Positions 27,767 through 35,834 of a stretch of DNA of 60,004 bases are shown here, piece after piece (the first letter of the stretch is position 1; the number at the start of each line of letters is the position of its first letter). Source of the DNA: Pseudomonadota bacterium. Its GTDB lineage: Bacteria > Pseudomonadota > Alphaproteobacteria > Rickettsiales > SXRF01. A program made the position numbers and the translations under genes. The notes beneath the pieces are model-generated. The model was not told the origin of the DNA, did not search any database, and saw only the letters and a list, made by a program, of their open reading frames with translations. The stretch is taken from positions 1 to 60,004 of the forward strand of contig CAUJIB010000090.1 in assembly GCA_963205245.1 (NCBI GenBank), written 5' to 3'.

Positions 27767-28738
27767 TTAAAAGATAATAGGTTCATCTTGTGGTATTAAA
27801 TTATAATATCCATTTTGTTCTCTGATAAGTTTCTTCATGCTAGAAAGTGCACGTTGAGTACCGCGCAAACTTTTCTTTAATTCTTTGGCAATTTCTTTTG
27901 AGCGCATAGGCTTTTCTTTCAACAAGCTTATAATCTCTCTTTGCTTGTCAGAAACATTTTCATACTCATCAGCTTCGCCTTCATATTTCCAGCAAAGTGT
28001 TTCATTATTGAATCTAACCTTAAATTTTCGATCACCGTCAAATTTATCGGTGATAAAAACCAAACCCTCAGCGTTTCTTTTTTCTCTTTTTAAAGAGATG
28101 ATGCAATCTGCAGCCGCCACAATTGCCTGACTGCCTAAAGCATCCTCAAGATGATTATCATCAACTGATGCACCTTTGCGGTCATGGTGAATTAGCAAAA
28201 TTACAATCTTTTGTTCATGTGCAAGGTTTTTTAATGCGCCGAGGAATTGGTAATTTTCACTAAAATCATCACGCTTTCTACCTTTAATGGCTTTTCCATA
28301 AGTATCTATGATAACAAGTTTGATTCCCTTTTGCTCAAACAGACAAGCTCTTAAATCTTCTGCGCCACCGTCATCTATTGCCTTCCAACTCATATGCCAA
28401 TCTAACAAAGGCGGAAAATGCTCACCGTTGCATTGTTTATTCATCCTATATTTTACTAATCGTTCTTTATCTTCGTAGGATAGATATAGCACCCGCATTT
28501 TTTCAGCTTGCGCATCGAATATTTCAGACTCAGAAGCAACAGCGATGGCAAACTGCATTGCTAAAATACTTTTTCCTTCCTTCGGCTTCCCTTTAAGCAA
28601 CACCAAACCTTCATCTGGCAACAATCCATGTATTAGATATTTTGGGTCAGGTATCTGCATTATTTCAAGTTGTGAGCTTGAAAGATAACCATCACGCCAT
28701 GTTCTTTTTATATCTGCCTGTTTGCTAATTGCTTGCAC
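27767..28738 (-). CDS. RepA/DnaB-like (RecA-fold) ATPase with C-terminal winged-helix domain
   Basis: 323 aa. Walker A GKPKEGKS, Walker B KLVIIDTYG and IVILLIHHDRK. The C-terminal ..REIISLLKEKPMRSKEIAKEL.. looks like a wHTH. Confidence 0.75.
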   Translation of the reverse strand: MQAISKQADIKRTWRDGYLSSSQLEIMQIPDPKYLIHGLLPDEGLVLLKGKPKEGKSILAMQFAIAVASESEIFDAQAEKMRVLYLSYEDKERLVKYRMNKQCNGEHFPPLLDWHMSWKAIDDGGAEDLRACLFEQKGIKLVIIDTYGKAIKGRKRDDFSENYQFLGALKNLAHEQKIVILLIHHDRKGASVDDNHLEDALGSQAIVAAADCIISLKREKRNAEGLVFITDKFDGDRKFKVRFNNETLCWKYEGEADEYENVSDKQREIISLLKEKPMRSKEIAKELKKSLRGTQRALSSMKKLIREQNGYYNLIPQDEPIIF

Positions 28739-29043
28739 ATTTCCTCACTTACTTTTGATGTTAATTTATCTATAAATTCTGGCTTACATAAAGATATAAG
28801 TGCCATCTCTAGAATTGAGTTTTTTAGTTCCAAGGAGTAAAACCGCTTCTGGTAATCAGCAGCGCATAACTCTGCTTCGTGAAATTTACCCTCCAACAAT
28901 TTTAGATCTCGCTGGAGGGTAAGAACATCAAGACGCGTGGTTTGATAGCGAAACATCTTTGATTCTGGACATATCTGGTCGCGAACCATTTCAATTTCGC
29001 TATCAAGCGCATGTATTTCTTGGTTGAGTTGCTCAATGCTCAT
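28708..29043 (-). CDS. hypothetical coiled-coil protein (island)
   Basis: The start is moved to the ATG at 29043, one nt after the upstream TGA, giving 111 aa. The end overlaps the repA-like start. Confidence 0.5.
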   Translation of the reverse strand: MSIEQLNQEIHALDSEIEMVRDQICPESKMFRYQTTRLDVLTLQRDLKLLEGKFHEAELCAADYQKRFYSLELKNSILEMALISLCKPEFIDKLTSKVSEEMCKQLANRQI

Positions 29044-29044
29044 G

Positions 29045-29302
29045 TCAGTTCTTAGTAGCTCCCTCAACACTGATCATAAGAGCTTTCTCTAACCTAGCCT
29101 TTGCACCACGAAAAAACTCCAATTCCTGAGCAGTACTTTCCAAAGCTAAATCCATGCTTTGAATCATAAGCTCAAACCCAATAGGATTTTGCTTCATTGT
29201 TTCGATAAGATTATTATCGCTGGTAGCTAGAAGTTTCTGCGCTTCATAATAAAACCTAATCCTACCGCTTATGATTGTTTCTAGGGTTTCTGGTTTTATC
29301 AT
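29045..29302 (-). CDS. hypothetical protein (island)
   Basis: 85 aa. 4-nt start/stop overlap with the upstream ORF. Confidence 0.5.
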   Translation of the reverse strand: MIKPETLETIISGRIRFYYEAQKLLATSDNNLIETMKQNPIGFELMIQSMDLALESTAQELEFFRGAKARLEKALMISVEGATKN

Positions 29303-29523
29303 GCAGCCTCCCTTTTGATAGTTTCGTATCTATTTTTATCCAAGCATATCGATTTTAATTTACCTGTTGCTTTATCGTAAAAGCAGGCGTGAACTTGTTT
29401 AAAAAAAGGGTAATCGTCAAAAACCACATACTGGTCCTTGTAAGATTTAAGGTTTGGAGTGGCAGTATCGATACAAAAAGGATATTCATTATCGGCGTAG
29501 TCTAATCTAGTGCTAGTGTTCAT
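29299..29523 (-). CDS. hypothetical protein (island)
   Basis: 74 aa. Overlaps the upstream ORF by 11 nt. Confidence 0.5.
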   Translation of the reverse strand: MNTSTRLDYADNEYPFCIDTATPNLKSYKDQYVVFDDYPFFKQVHACFYDKATGKLKSICLDKNRYETIKREAA

Positions 29524-29743
29524 AAAAAACTCCTTTGCTTTGATTGTTGAATGTTGGTAGGAAAGGCACGGGCAATTTTATATGCCTGTGATACGTGGGT
29601 TTCTGCATTGTTACATTTGCATTAACCATGGTATTTGCTTGCTTTGTGGTGATGCTGACCGTCTCCCCAGACTCTGCCTGCATCACCGCGTTGCCCCGCT
29701 CTAGAATTGCTTGAAGCGGTGAAGATATATGTTGCCAGCTCAT
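29513..29743 (-). CDS. hypothetical protein (island)
   Basis: 76 aa. 4-nt overlap with the end of alpA. Confidence 0.45.
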   Translation of the reverse strand: MSWQHISSPLQAILERGNAVMQAESGETVSITTKQANTMVNANVTMQKPTYHRHIKLPVPFLPTFNNQSKGVFYEH

Positions 29744-29934
29744 GCGCCCCTCGCCGCCTTCCGACCTTCAAGAAAAGCATCAACCTCACCTTCGTCCCAT
29801 GACACAAATCTCTTTCCTTGACGGATGCGTTTTGGAAATTCCCCTTTATTTTCCAGTTCCATCAAATATGGATTACTGAAAGTAATGCCCTTCTCTTTTA
29901 GCTGTTTTCTATTAATTAACCGTAGCTTAGTCAT
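29740..29934 (-). CDS. alpA: AlpA-family phage transcriptional regulator / excisionase-like HTH protein
   Basis: 64 aa. LINRKQLKEKGITFSNPYLMELENKGEFPKRIRQGKRFVSWDEGEVDAFL matches the AlpA pattern. Confidence 0.8.
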   Translation of the reverse strand: MTKLRLINRKQLKEKGITFSNPYLMELENKGEFPKRIRQGKRFVSWDEGEVDAFLEGRKAARGA

Positions 29935-29985
29935 AAAAAAACCCCTTGTAATTATTGAATTAAAATGGTACTGTATATAAATAAT

Positions 29986-30037
29986 GCAGTATTTTATATA
30001 ATACTGCTAAACTAAATATAAATGCAATGACATTGCA
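29986..30037. promoter_or_regulatory. operator-like palindromes in the divergent alpA / orf177 control region
   Basis: gcagta-N10-tactgc at 29986-30007 and tgcaat-gac-attgca at 30023-30037. Extra TACTG(C/T) half-sites at 29968 and 30052. Confidence 0.4.
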
Positions 30038-30071
30038 AGTCAATACAATTTTACTGCGATAAAGGGAATAT

Positions 30072-30605
30072 ATGATTAACAGAGATAATTTAAGGGGTTA
30101 TTGGTTTACTGGTGCGGACATTGAAGCCGCTTGCAACTCTCTAGTGCCTGAAGTTGTAATTAGGGACTGGGTACAAAAGGGAAAATTCAATGAAACCTTA
30201 CCTGAAGGAGCGCGCGGCAAGCCTCGTAAATACCCATTAAATGCTGTTTATGAAGCAGTTATTATGTCGCACCTTTCTAAGCTAGGAGTGTCTTTGGATG
30301 ATGCAAAGGAAGTTAATTTACAAGTTCTTGATAAAATTACCCTCACTCAAAGAGAGGGGCATATTGGATGGATTGTCTTTGGTTCTGATAATTTAAAACC
30401 CATCTATACCCGTGATAATTTAGAAAGCAGAACTTTTGGTGAATTTGCTAAAATATTGTGGGTTGATAAAAAACTTTATTACGGAGCATCACAGACAGTT
30501 ATAAATGTGCAAGCCATTATAGACTATACAGACGAAATACTTTTAGAGCGCATCAAAGAACGCATGAGAAAATTGCTTAATGACCCATCAGTCACTGGCG
30601 AATAA
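30072..30605 (+). CDS. hypothetical protein, possible HTH regulator (island)
   Basis: 177 aa. The N-terminal ..ADIEAACNSLVPEVVIRDWVQKGKF.. resembles a MerR/excisionase-type HTH. Transcribed divergently from alpA. Confidence 0.45.
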   Translation: MINRDNLRGYWFTGADIEAACNSLVPEVVIRDWVQKGKFNETLPEGARGKPRKYPLNAVYEAVIMSHLSKLGVSLDDAKEVNLQVLDKITLTQREGHIGWIVFGSDNLKPIYTRDNLESRTFGEFAKILWVDKKLYYGASQTVINVQAIIDYTDEILLERIKERMRKLLNDPSVTGE

Positions 30606-30629
30606 AAGAAAAGGCAGGATTATAAATAT

Positions 30630-31748
30630 ATGGAACAAGCCACTATACAACAAGCAGTTGAGCATTTAACTGCTGAAGCAATGAATTTTAAAGATAGATA
30701 CGAGCAGCGCATAGATTTGCTGGAAAAAGCAGCAGCTCGCCCTCCGTCAGGCGCAGATTTCAATAATATACACGTACTTGAAAATCCACAAATGAAAGCC
30801 TTTGGTAAGTATCTACGAAGCGGCGATGACGGCGAGTTAAAATCATTACAATCCAAAGCAATGTCTGTAGGTTCTGATCCTGATGGTGGTTATTTAGTTT
30901 TACCTACACAATCCAGCAGGATGATTGAGCGACTGTTTGATACATCACCAATGCGTGCCGTTGCCACCGTGGAAACTATCAGTACAGATTCACTGGAAAT
31001 GTTTAACGATGTAACAGAGCTTGAAGCATCATGGACTAGCGAACAGGGTACTCGCTCTAACACTAGCACTTCTACGCTCGGCAAATATAATATTCCAGTG
31101 CATGAGGTATATGCTAGCCCGAAAGCCACACAAAAACTTATCGATGATTCAAGTATAAACATTGAAAGCTGGCTATTAGGCAAAGTTAATAAGGTTTTTA
31201 CCCGTAAGGAAAATGATGCCTTCATCAATGGTAATGGCGTAGGTAAACCAAGAGGATTTTTAACTTACACAAACAGCACTGGCGGAGATTCCACTCGCAC
31301 ATGGGGAGAAATTCAATACGTACCCAGTGGCACATCAGCTGTTGTTGAGCCAGATTCATTATTTGATTTGATGTATGCATTAAAAAGCGAATACCGCCCT
31401 GGTGCATCTTGGTTAGCACCGCGTGCGCTTATAAACTCTATACGCAAGAAAAAAACAGGAACAGGTGATTATATATGGCAACCTGCATTAACCGCAGGTG
31501 AACCAGATAGATTGCTTGGCTTTCCGCTGATGTATGCCGAAGATATGCCTGCGGCGGGCGCAAGTAGCCTTTCAGTAGCTTTCGGGAATTTTCGTGAAGC
31601 CTATACTATCGTTGATCGTCAAGGCATTCGAGTTCTTCGTGATCCATTCACTGACAAGCCAAATGTAATTTTCTATTCGACAAAACGAGTTGGCGGCGCA
31701 GTAGTTAATTTTGATGCAATTAAATTGCTAAAGCTGAGTGTATCGTAG
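30630..31748 (+). CDS. phage major capsid protein, HK97 family
   Basis: 372 aa. Coiled-coil N-terminal delta-like region, then DPDGGYLVLP and AFINGNGVGKPRGFL, both typical of HK97-fold capsid proteins. Confidence 0.9.
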   Translation: MEQATIQQAVEHLTAEAMNFKDRYEQRIDLLEKAAARPPSGADFNNIHVLENPQMKAFGKYLRSGDDGELKSLQSKAMSVGSDPDGGYLVLPTQSSRMIERLFDTSPMRAVATVETISTDSLEMFNDVTELEASWTSEQGTRSNTSTSTLGKYNIPVHEVYASPKATQKLIDDSSINIESWLLGKVNKVFTRKENDAFINGNGVGKPRGFLTYTNSTGGDSTRTWGEIQYVPSGTSAVVEPDSLFDLMYALKSEYRPGASWLAPRALINSIRKKKTGTGDYIWQPALTAGEPDRLLGFPLMYAEDMPAAGASSLSVAFGNFREAYTIVDRQGIRVLRDPFTDKPNVIFYSTKRVGGAVVNFDAIKLLKLSVS

Positions 31749-31773
31749 AATTAATTTAGGTGTTGATTGTTTT

Positions 31774-31810
31774 ATCCCCGCCTTTCCTTTCAAGGGGCGG
31801 GGATTTTTTT
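31774..31810 (+). terminator. rho-independent terminator after the capsid gene
   Basis: atccccgcc ... ggcggggat is a 9-bp GC-rich stem followed by ttttttt. Confidence 0.8.
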
Positions 31811-31820
31811 AGGGGGATAA

Positions 31821-33512
31821 ATGGCTGATATTGCAGAGCTGACCGTACGCATTAAAGCAGATGCGGCGCAGCTTTCTGCTGAGATGAAAAAAGTTAACGC
31901 CATTGTTCAGCAAAGCAGCGGGAGTATGTCATCATCTCTAGGTGGACTTAAAAGCCAGATGCTATCGCTTGCGCCTGCGCTTTCCGCCGTAGCTTTTGTG
32001 AATTTTGCTAAGGGTGCATTTGAAGCTGCTGACAGGCTTAATGATTTATCACAGCGCACCGGAGTTGCAGCGACTACATTATCGGCTCTGAATATCCCCC
32101 TATTGCAGGGCGGCTCTAATGTTGAGGAGTTTTCCGCCTCTATCAATAAAATGAATAATATGATTGGCGAGGCTGCAAAGGGCGGAAGTCAGGATTTATA
32201 CGACACCTTTAACAAGCTGGGCTTGTCAGTAAAAACACTGATGCAGCTTTCTCCGGAAGAGCAATTTTATGCTATTTCTAAATCACTGAACGAGATAAAA
32301 AACCAAGCCGAATTCACCAACACCGGCATGGCTATATTTGGACGCAGTTTTTCGTCGCTTGCGCCGCTGATTCGTGGAGCAAACGGCAATTTAGCAGATT
32401 TTGTGGATACGGCAAAAAAGGCTGGGAATGCAATTACCGACGAAAACCTACAAAAAATCGATGATTTTGGCGATAAATGGACAGAAGTTATAGAGAAAAT
32501 AAAGAAGGAAATAGTAGAATTTACACCGCTTTTAGATAAAATAATAAAAGCAGTAGACCTTTTTAATACTAGTAAAAGGGCTTTAGGAGTTACCGGTATC
32601 GCTGTTGGTGCTGATTTGGGGCTGATAGACCCAGAGACGGCTGCTTTCGCTTATGAAGAAGCGGCCGCAAAGGCTACTGGCGTAGGAGCTATAAATTTGG
32701 ATTCGCATACTGATAAGCCTAAAACCAAGGCTAAATCAGCTTCCGGCTCTAACCCCAACGTCAAGGCGATGAATGATCAGAAAAAAGCCATTGACGATGC
32801 AAAAAAATCACTTGATGACTATACCAAATCTCTAGAACGCCAACAAATGATGGCGGGTAAAACTCCACAACAGCAAGCTGGTATGGAGGCTTATTTCAAG
32901 ACCATAGACCTTGCGGAAAAAGCCGGAATAAAGAATGCGGAACAATTAGCTCGTGGCAGATATGAAGTTGCCGCCGCCACCTTTGAAATGAAAGAAAAGC
33001 AGGATGAGGCAATAAGATCAGCCACTCTGATGCGCGATACGCTGTCAACCTCAATCACCAGCGCAATAATGGATTTTAACAATGCCAGTGATGCAGTTAA
33101 TAACTTTGCGAAAGCGATAGCTAATACAATTATCCAGAAGAAAATAGCCGACCCGCTGGCTATGGCAATTGTAGGCAATGGAAGCAAGGGCAGCGGCATG
33201 ATTGATGGTTTGCTTCACTCTATTGGTATTCCTGGATATGCAGTAGGCACAGATTACGTTCCTAATGACATGATAGCAAAAATCCACAAAGGGGAAATGA
33301 TTATTCCGGCAGCCGAAGCGCAGGCAATTCGTAGCGGTGGTAGTAGTGGCGGAAGCGGTGTTACCGTGGTGCAGAATATTAGTTTCGCATCCGGCGTTAC
33401 AAGGGCAGAAGTGGCAAATATGTTACCATCCGTAGCGCAAGCTGCTCATGATGCGGTATTTGCCAGCATTCAGCGCGGAGGCAGCGCGGCTAAGATAGTT
33501 GGCATAAGGTAA
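31821..33512 (+). CDS. phage tail tape measure-like protein
   Basis: 563 aa, alpha-helical and Ala/Lys/Gln-rich. N-terminus MADIAELTVRIKADAAQL.., C-terminus ..YVPNDMIAKIHKGEMIIPAAEA, typical of tape measure proteins. Confidence 0.8.
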   Translation: MADIAELTVRIKADAAQLSAEMKKVNAIVQQSSGSMSSSLGGLKSQMLSLAPALSAVAFVNFAKGAFEAADRLNDLSQRTGVAATTLSALNIPLLQGGSNVEEFSASINKMNNMIGEAAKGGSQDLYDTFNKLGLSVKTLMQLSPEEQFYAISKSLNEIKNQAEFTNTGMAIFGRSFSSLAPLIRGANGNLADFVDTAKKAGNAITDENLQKIDDFGDKWTEVIEKIKKEIVEFTPLLDKIIKAVDLFNTSKRALGVTGIAVGADLGLIDPETAAFAYEEAAAKATGVGAINLDSHTDKPKTKAKSASGSNPNVKAMNDQKKAIDDAKKSLDDYTKSLERQQMMAGKTPQQQAGMEAYFKTIDLAEKAGIKNAEQLARGRYEVAAATFEMKEKQDEAIRSATLMRDTLSTSITSAIMDFNNASDAVNNFAKAIANTIIQKKIADPLAMAIVGNGSKGSGMIDGLLHSIGIPGYAVGTDYVPNDMIAKIHKGEMIIPAAEAQAIRSGGSSGGSGVTVVQNISFASGVTRAEVANMLPSVAQAAHDAVFASIQRGGSAAKIVGIR

Positions 33513-33515
33513 AAG

Positions 33516-33608
33516 ATGTTCACTATGTTCACTTGCTAGGGTTTCTGCGGTGTTGACATGTTCACTTACATGTTCACTACTAATTCACCTACTGCCGTAG
33601 GTTCATCT
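33516..33608. repeat. iteron cluster B: ATGTTCACT x4 plus two degenerate copies, inverted relative to cluster A
   Basis: atgttcact at 33516, 33525, 33558 and 33570. Degenerate aattcacct and aggttcatct follow. The 15-mer tcactatgttcactt (33520-33534) is the reverse complement of 27745-27759. Confidence 0.85.
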
Positions 33609-33641
33609 TAAACATAATATAATAACAACTGACAAAAGCTA

Positions 33642-33700
33642 ATTTTTTGTTATCTCAGCGTTATCTAATACACTGTTATCCAGCTTCATAAAAAGATAAC
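33642..33700. promoter_or_regulatory. arm-type repeat cluster (GTTATCT x2 11-bp phased, GTTATCC, AGATAAC) next to the tRNA junction
   Basis: gttatct at 33649 and 33660, gttatcc at 33675, agataac at 33694. This mirrors the cluster at 24453-24507. Confidence 0.6.
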
Positions 33701-33713
33701 CTACTGTAAAATA

Positions 33714-33788
33714 TGGTGGCTCGAGAGGGATTTGAACCCCCGACCAAGGGATTATGATTCCCCTGCTCTACCACTGAGCTACCGAGCC
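33714..33788 (-). tRNA. tRNA with anticodon CAU (elongator Met, or Ile2 if lysidine-modified), CCA encoded
   Basis: 75-nt cloverleaf GGCTCGG-TA-GCTC-AGTGGTA-GAGC-A-GGGGA-ATCATAA-TCCCT-TGGTC-GGGGG-TTCAAAT-CCCTC-TCGAGCC-A-CCA. The G1-C72 pair argues against an initiator tRNA. Confidence 0.93.
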
Positions 33789-33909
33789 AATTCAGAAGCT
33801 GAGGAGATAGGAATTAAGGACTGTCAGAGAAAAAAGCAAGCAAAAGTTGCATATAATGCTAAAATATTGTAACTAGCGCGGGTTTAATCAAGTAATTAAT
33901 GGAGTTTTT

Positions 33910-34791
33910 ATGGCTAATCAACCGTTTAAAGTTGCCCTTATTCAAATGCAATGCTCCCAGAAACCTGAGGAAAGCTTGGCAAAAGCAGAAAAAATGCTAC
34001 TGCAAGCGGCAAAGGATGGTGCAAAAGTGGCCTGCCTACCGGAATTATTTCTGACTGATTATTTTTGTCAAAAACTAGACATCAATAAATTTAATATAGC
34101 TGAGCAGATTCCAGGAAAAACTTCAGATGCTTTAGGAAAAATCGCCAAAGAAACCGGCATGGTTATTGTTGGCTCTATTTTTGAGAAAGCTGCGGCTGGC
34201 CTGCACTATAATAGTGCCACAATTACTGACAGTGATGGGAAATTGGTTGGAAAATACCGCAAAATGCATATTCCGCATGATCCGATGTTTGAGGAAAAAT
34301 ATTACTTCGCGCAAGGTGATATTGGTTTTAAGGCTCATGATACCAGTGTGGGGAAAATCGGCACGCTTATTTGCTGGGATCAGTGGTATCCAGAGGGTGC
34401 GCGCCTGACTTCCATACAAGGAGCGCAGATATTATTTTACCCAACGGCAATTGGCTGGCATCCGGCAGAAAAAGCTGAATATGGTCAGTCGCAAGTGGAA
34501 GCATGGGAAACAATCCAGCGCAGCCATGCTATTGCTAACGGCGTATTTGTTGCGGCAGTAAACCGTATAGGACATGAAATAACGGTTGGTGACGGTTTGG
34601 AATTTTTCGGACATTCTTTTATTGCTGATCCGTTCGGGCGTATTCTAGCTATGGGCAGTCATGATAAAGAGGAAATCGTAAGTGCGGTTATAGATCCTGC
34701 CCTTATTGAAGAAACCCGCCGCAATTGGCCTTTCCTACGTGACCGCAGGATAGATGCTTATGGTGCTATAACGCAGAGATGGAACGGATAA
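33910..34791 (+). CDS. aguB: N-carbamoylputrescine amidase (carbon-nitrogen hydrolase)
   Basis: 293 aa. CN-hydrolase triad contexts CLPELF, YRKMHIP and LICWDQWYPE. Adjacent to aguA. Confidence 0.9.
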   Translation: MANQPFKVALIQMQCSQKPEESLAKAEKMLLQAAKDGAKVACLPELFLTDYFCQKLDINKFNIAEQIPGKTSDALGKIAKETGMVIVGSIFEKAAAGLHYNSATITDSDGKLVGKYRKMHIPHDPMFEEKYYFAQGDIGFKAHDTSVGKIGTLICWDQWYPEGARLTSIQGAQILFYPTAIGWHPAEKAEYGQSQVEAWETIQRSHAIANGVFVAAVNRIGHEITVGDGLEFFGHSFIADPFGRILAMGSHDKEEIVSAVIDPALIEETRRNWPFLRDRRIDAYGAITQRWNG

Positions 34792-35825
34792 TGACAAACT
34801 ACATAATGCCCGCCGAATGGGAACGCCACTCAGCCACATTGCTTGCATGGCCGCATAACAAAGAAGATTGGCCAGATAAATTTGCCCCAATTCCGTGGGT
34901 TTATGGAGAAATTATCCGCTATCTTACGCAAGTGGAGCGCGTAGCATTGCTGGTGCGCAATGAAAAGGAAAAAGCGCAAGCGATAGATGTATGTGAGAGA
35001 GCTGGCGCGGATACTGCAAGAATTGATTTTCATATTATTCCAACCAATAGAATATGGATGCGCGATAGTGGGCCTATTATAGTTAAGGATGCTTATGGTA
35101 AGAAATCAATGCTGGATTGGAAATTTACCGCTTGGGCAAAATATTCCAACCATAAACTTGATGATAAAGTTCCTTCATCACTGAATGAATCTTGGAATTT
35201 GCCGCGTGTACAACCTATGCACAATGGCAAACGTGTGGTGTTGGAAGGTGGTTCAATTGATGTAAACGGCAAAGGTACATTGCTTACTACTGAAGAGTGC
35301 CTGCTTGCGGATGTTCAGGTTCGTAATCCAAGTTTTACGCGCGAGGATTACGAGGAAGTTTTTGCTAAATATCTGGGAATTTCTCAAGTTATCTGGTTGG
35401 AAAATGGCATATTGGGTGATGACACGCATGGGCATGTTGATGATATAACCCGCTTTGTAAAGGTTGATACTATTGTAACGGTAGTTGAAAAAGATAAAGG
35501 TGACGCTAATTACGATTTGTTGAAAGATAATGTGAAACGCTTGAAAACTGCACGCGATCAAAACAGTAGACAATTAAATATTATAGAGCTGCCGATGCCA
35601 CGCCCAGTGGTTTTTGAAGGACAACGCCTTCCGGCTTCTTATGCTAATTTCCTTATCGCAAATGATCTGGTATTGGTGCCGACCTTCAACGATCCAGCGG
35701 ATAGGATAGCATTGAATATTCTTGCTGAACTGTTCCCTAAGAGTCAAATTGTAGGTATTCACGCTGTGGATCTAGTGTGGGGATTGGGTACAATCCATTG
35801 CATGAGTCAGCAGATTCCCTATTAA
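34779..35825 (+). CDS. aguA: agmatine deiminase
   Basis: 348 aa. MPAEWERHSATLLAWPH and C-terminal GLGTIHCMSQQIP (catalytic Cys). An alternative TAATG-coupled start exists at 34791. Confidence 0.92.
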   Translation: MERIMTNYIMPAEWERHSATLLAWPHNKEDWPDKFAPIPWVYGEIIRYLTQVERVALLVRNEKEKAQAIDVCERAGADTARIDFHIIPTNRIWMRDSGPIIVKDAYGKKSMLDWKFTAWAKYSNHKLDDKVPSSLNESWNLPRVQPMHNGKRVVLEGGSIDVNGKGTLLTTEECLLADVQVRNPSFTREDYEEVFAKYLGISQVIWLENGILGDDTHGHVDDITRFVKVDTIVTVVEKDKGDANYDLLKDNVKRLKTARDQNSRQLNIIELPMPRPVVFEGQRLPASYANFLIANDLVLVPTFNDPADRIALNILAELFPKSQIVGIHAVDLVWGLGTIHCMSQQIPY

Positions 35826-35834
35826 TACAGGCTA

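Larger units (their letters stand above)
24313..33759. mobile_element. integrated phage-like island / satellite-like element at tRNA(CAU)
   Basis: Bounded by direct tRNA-derived repeats. Contains integrase, terminase, capsid, tape measure, alpA and a repA-like ATPase. The flanking genes are chromosomal. Confidence 0.85.

Noticed and set aside
30620-30856. 78-aa minus-strand ORF overlapping the capsid gene start
   Set aside because: It is antisense to the capsid N-terminus, has Cys/Ser-rich mirror-frame composition, and breaks the otherwise tidy operon structure.
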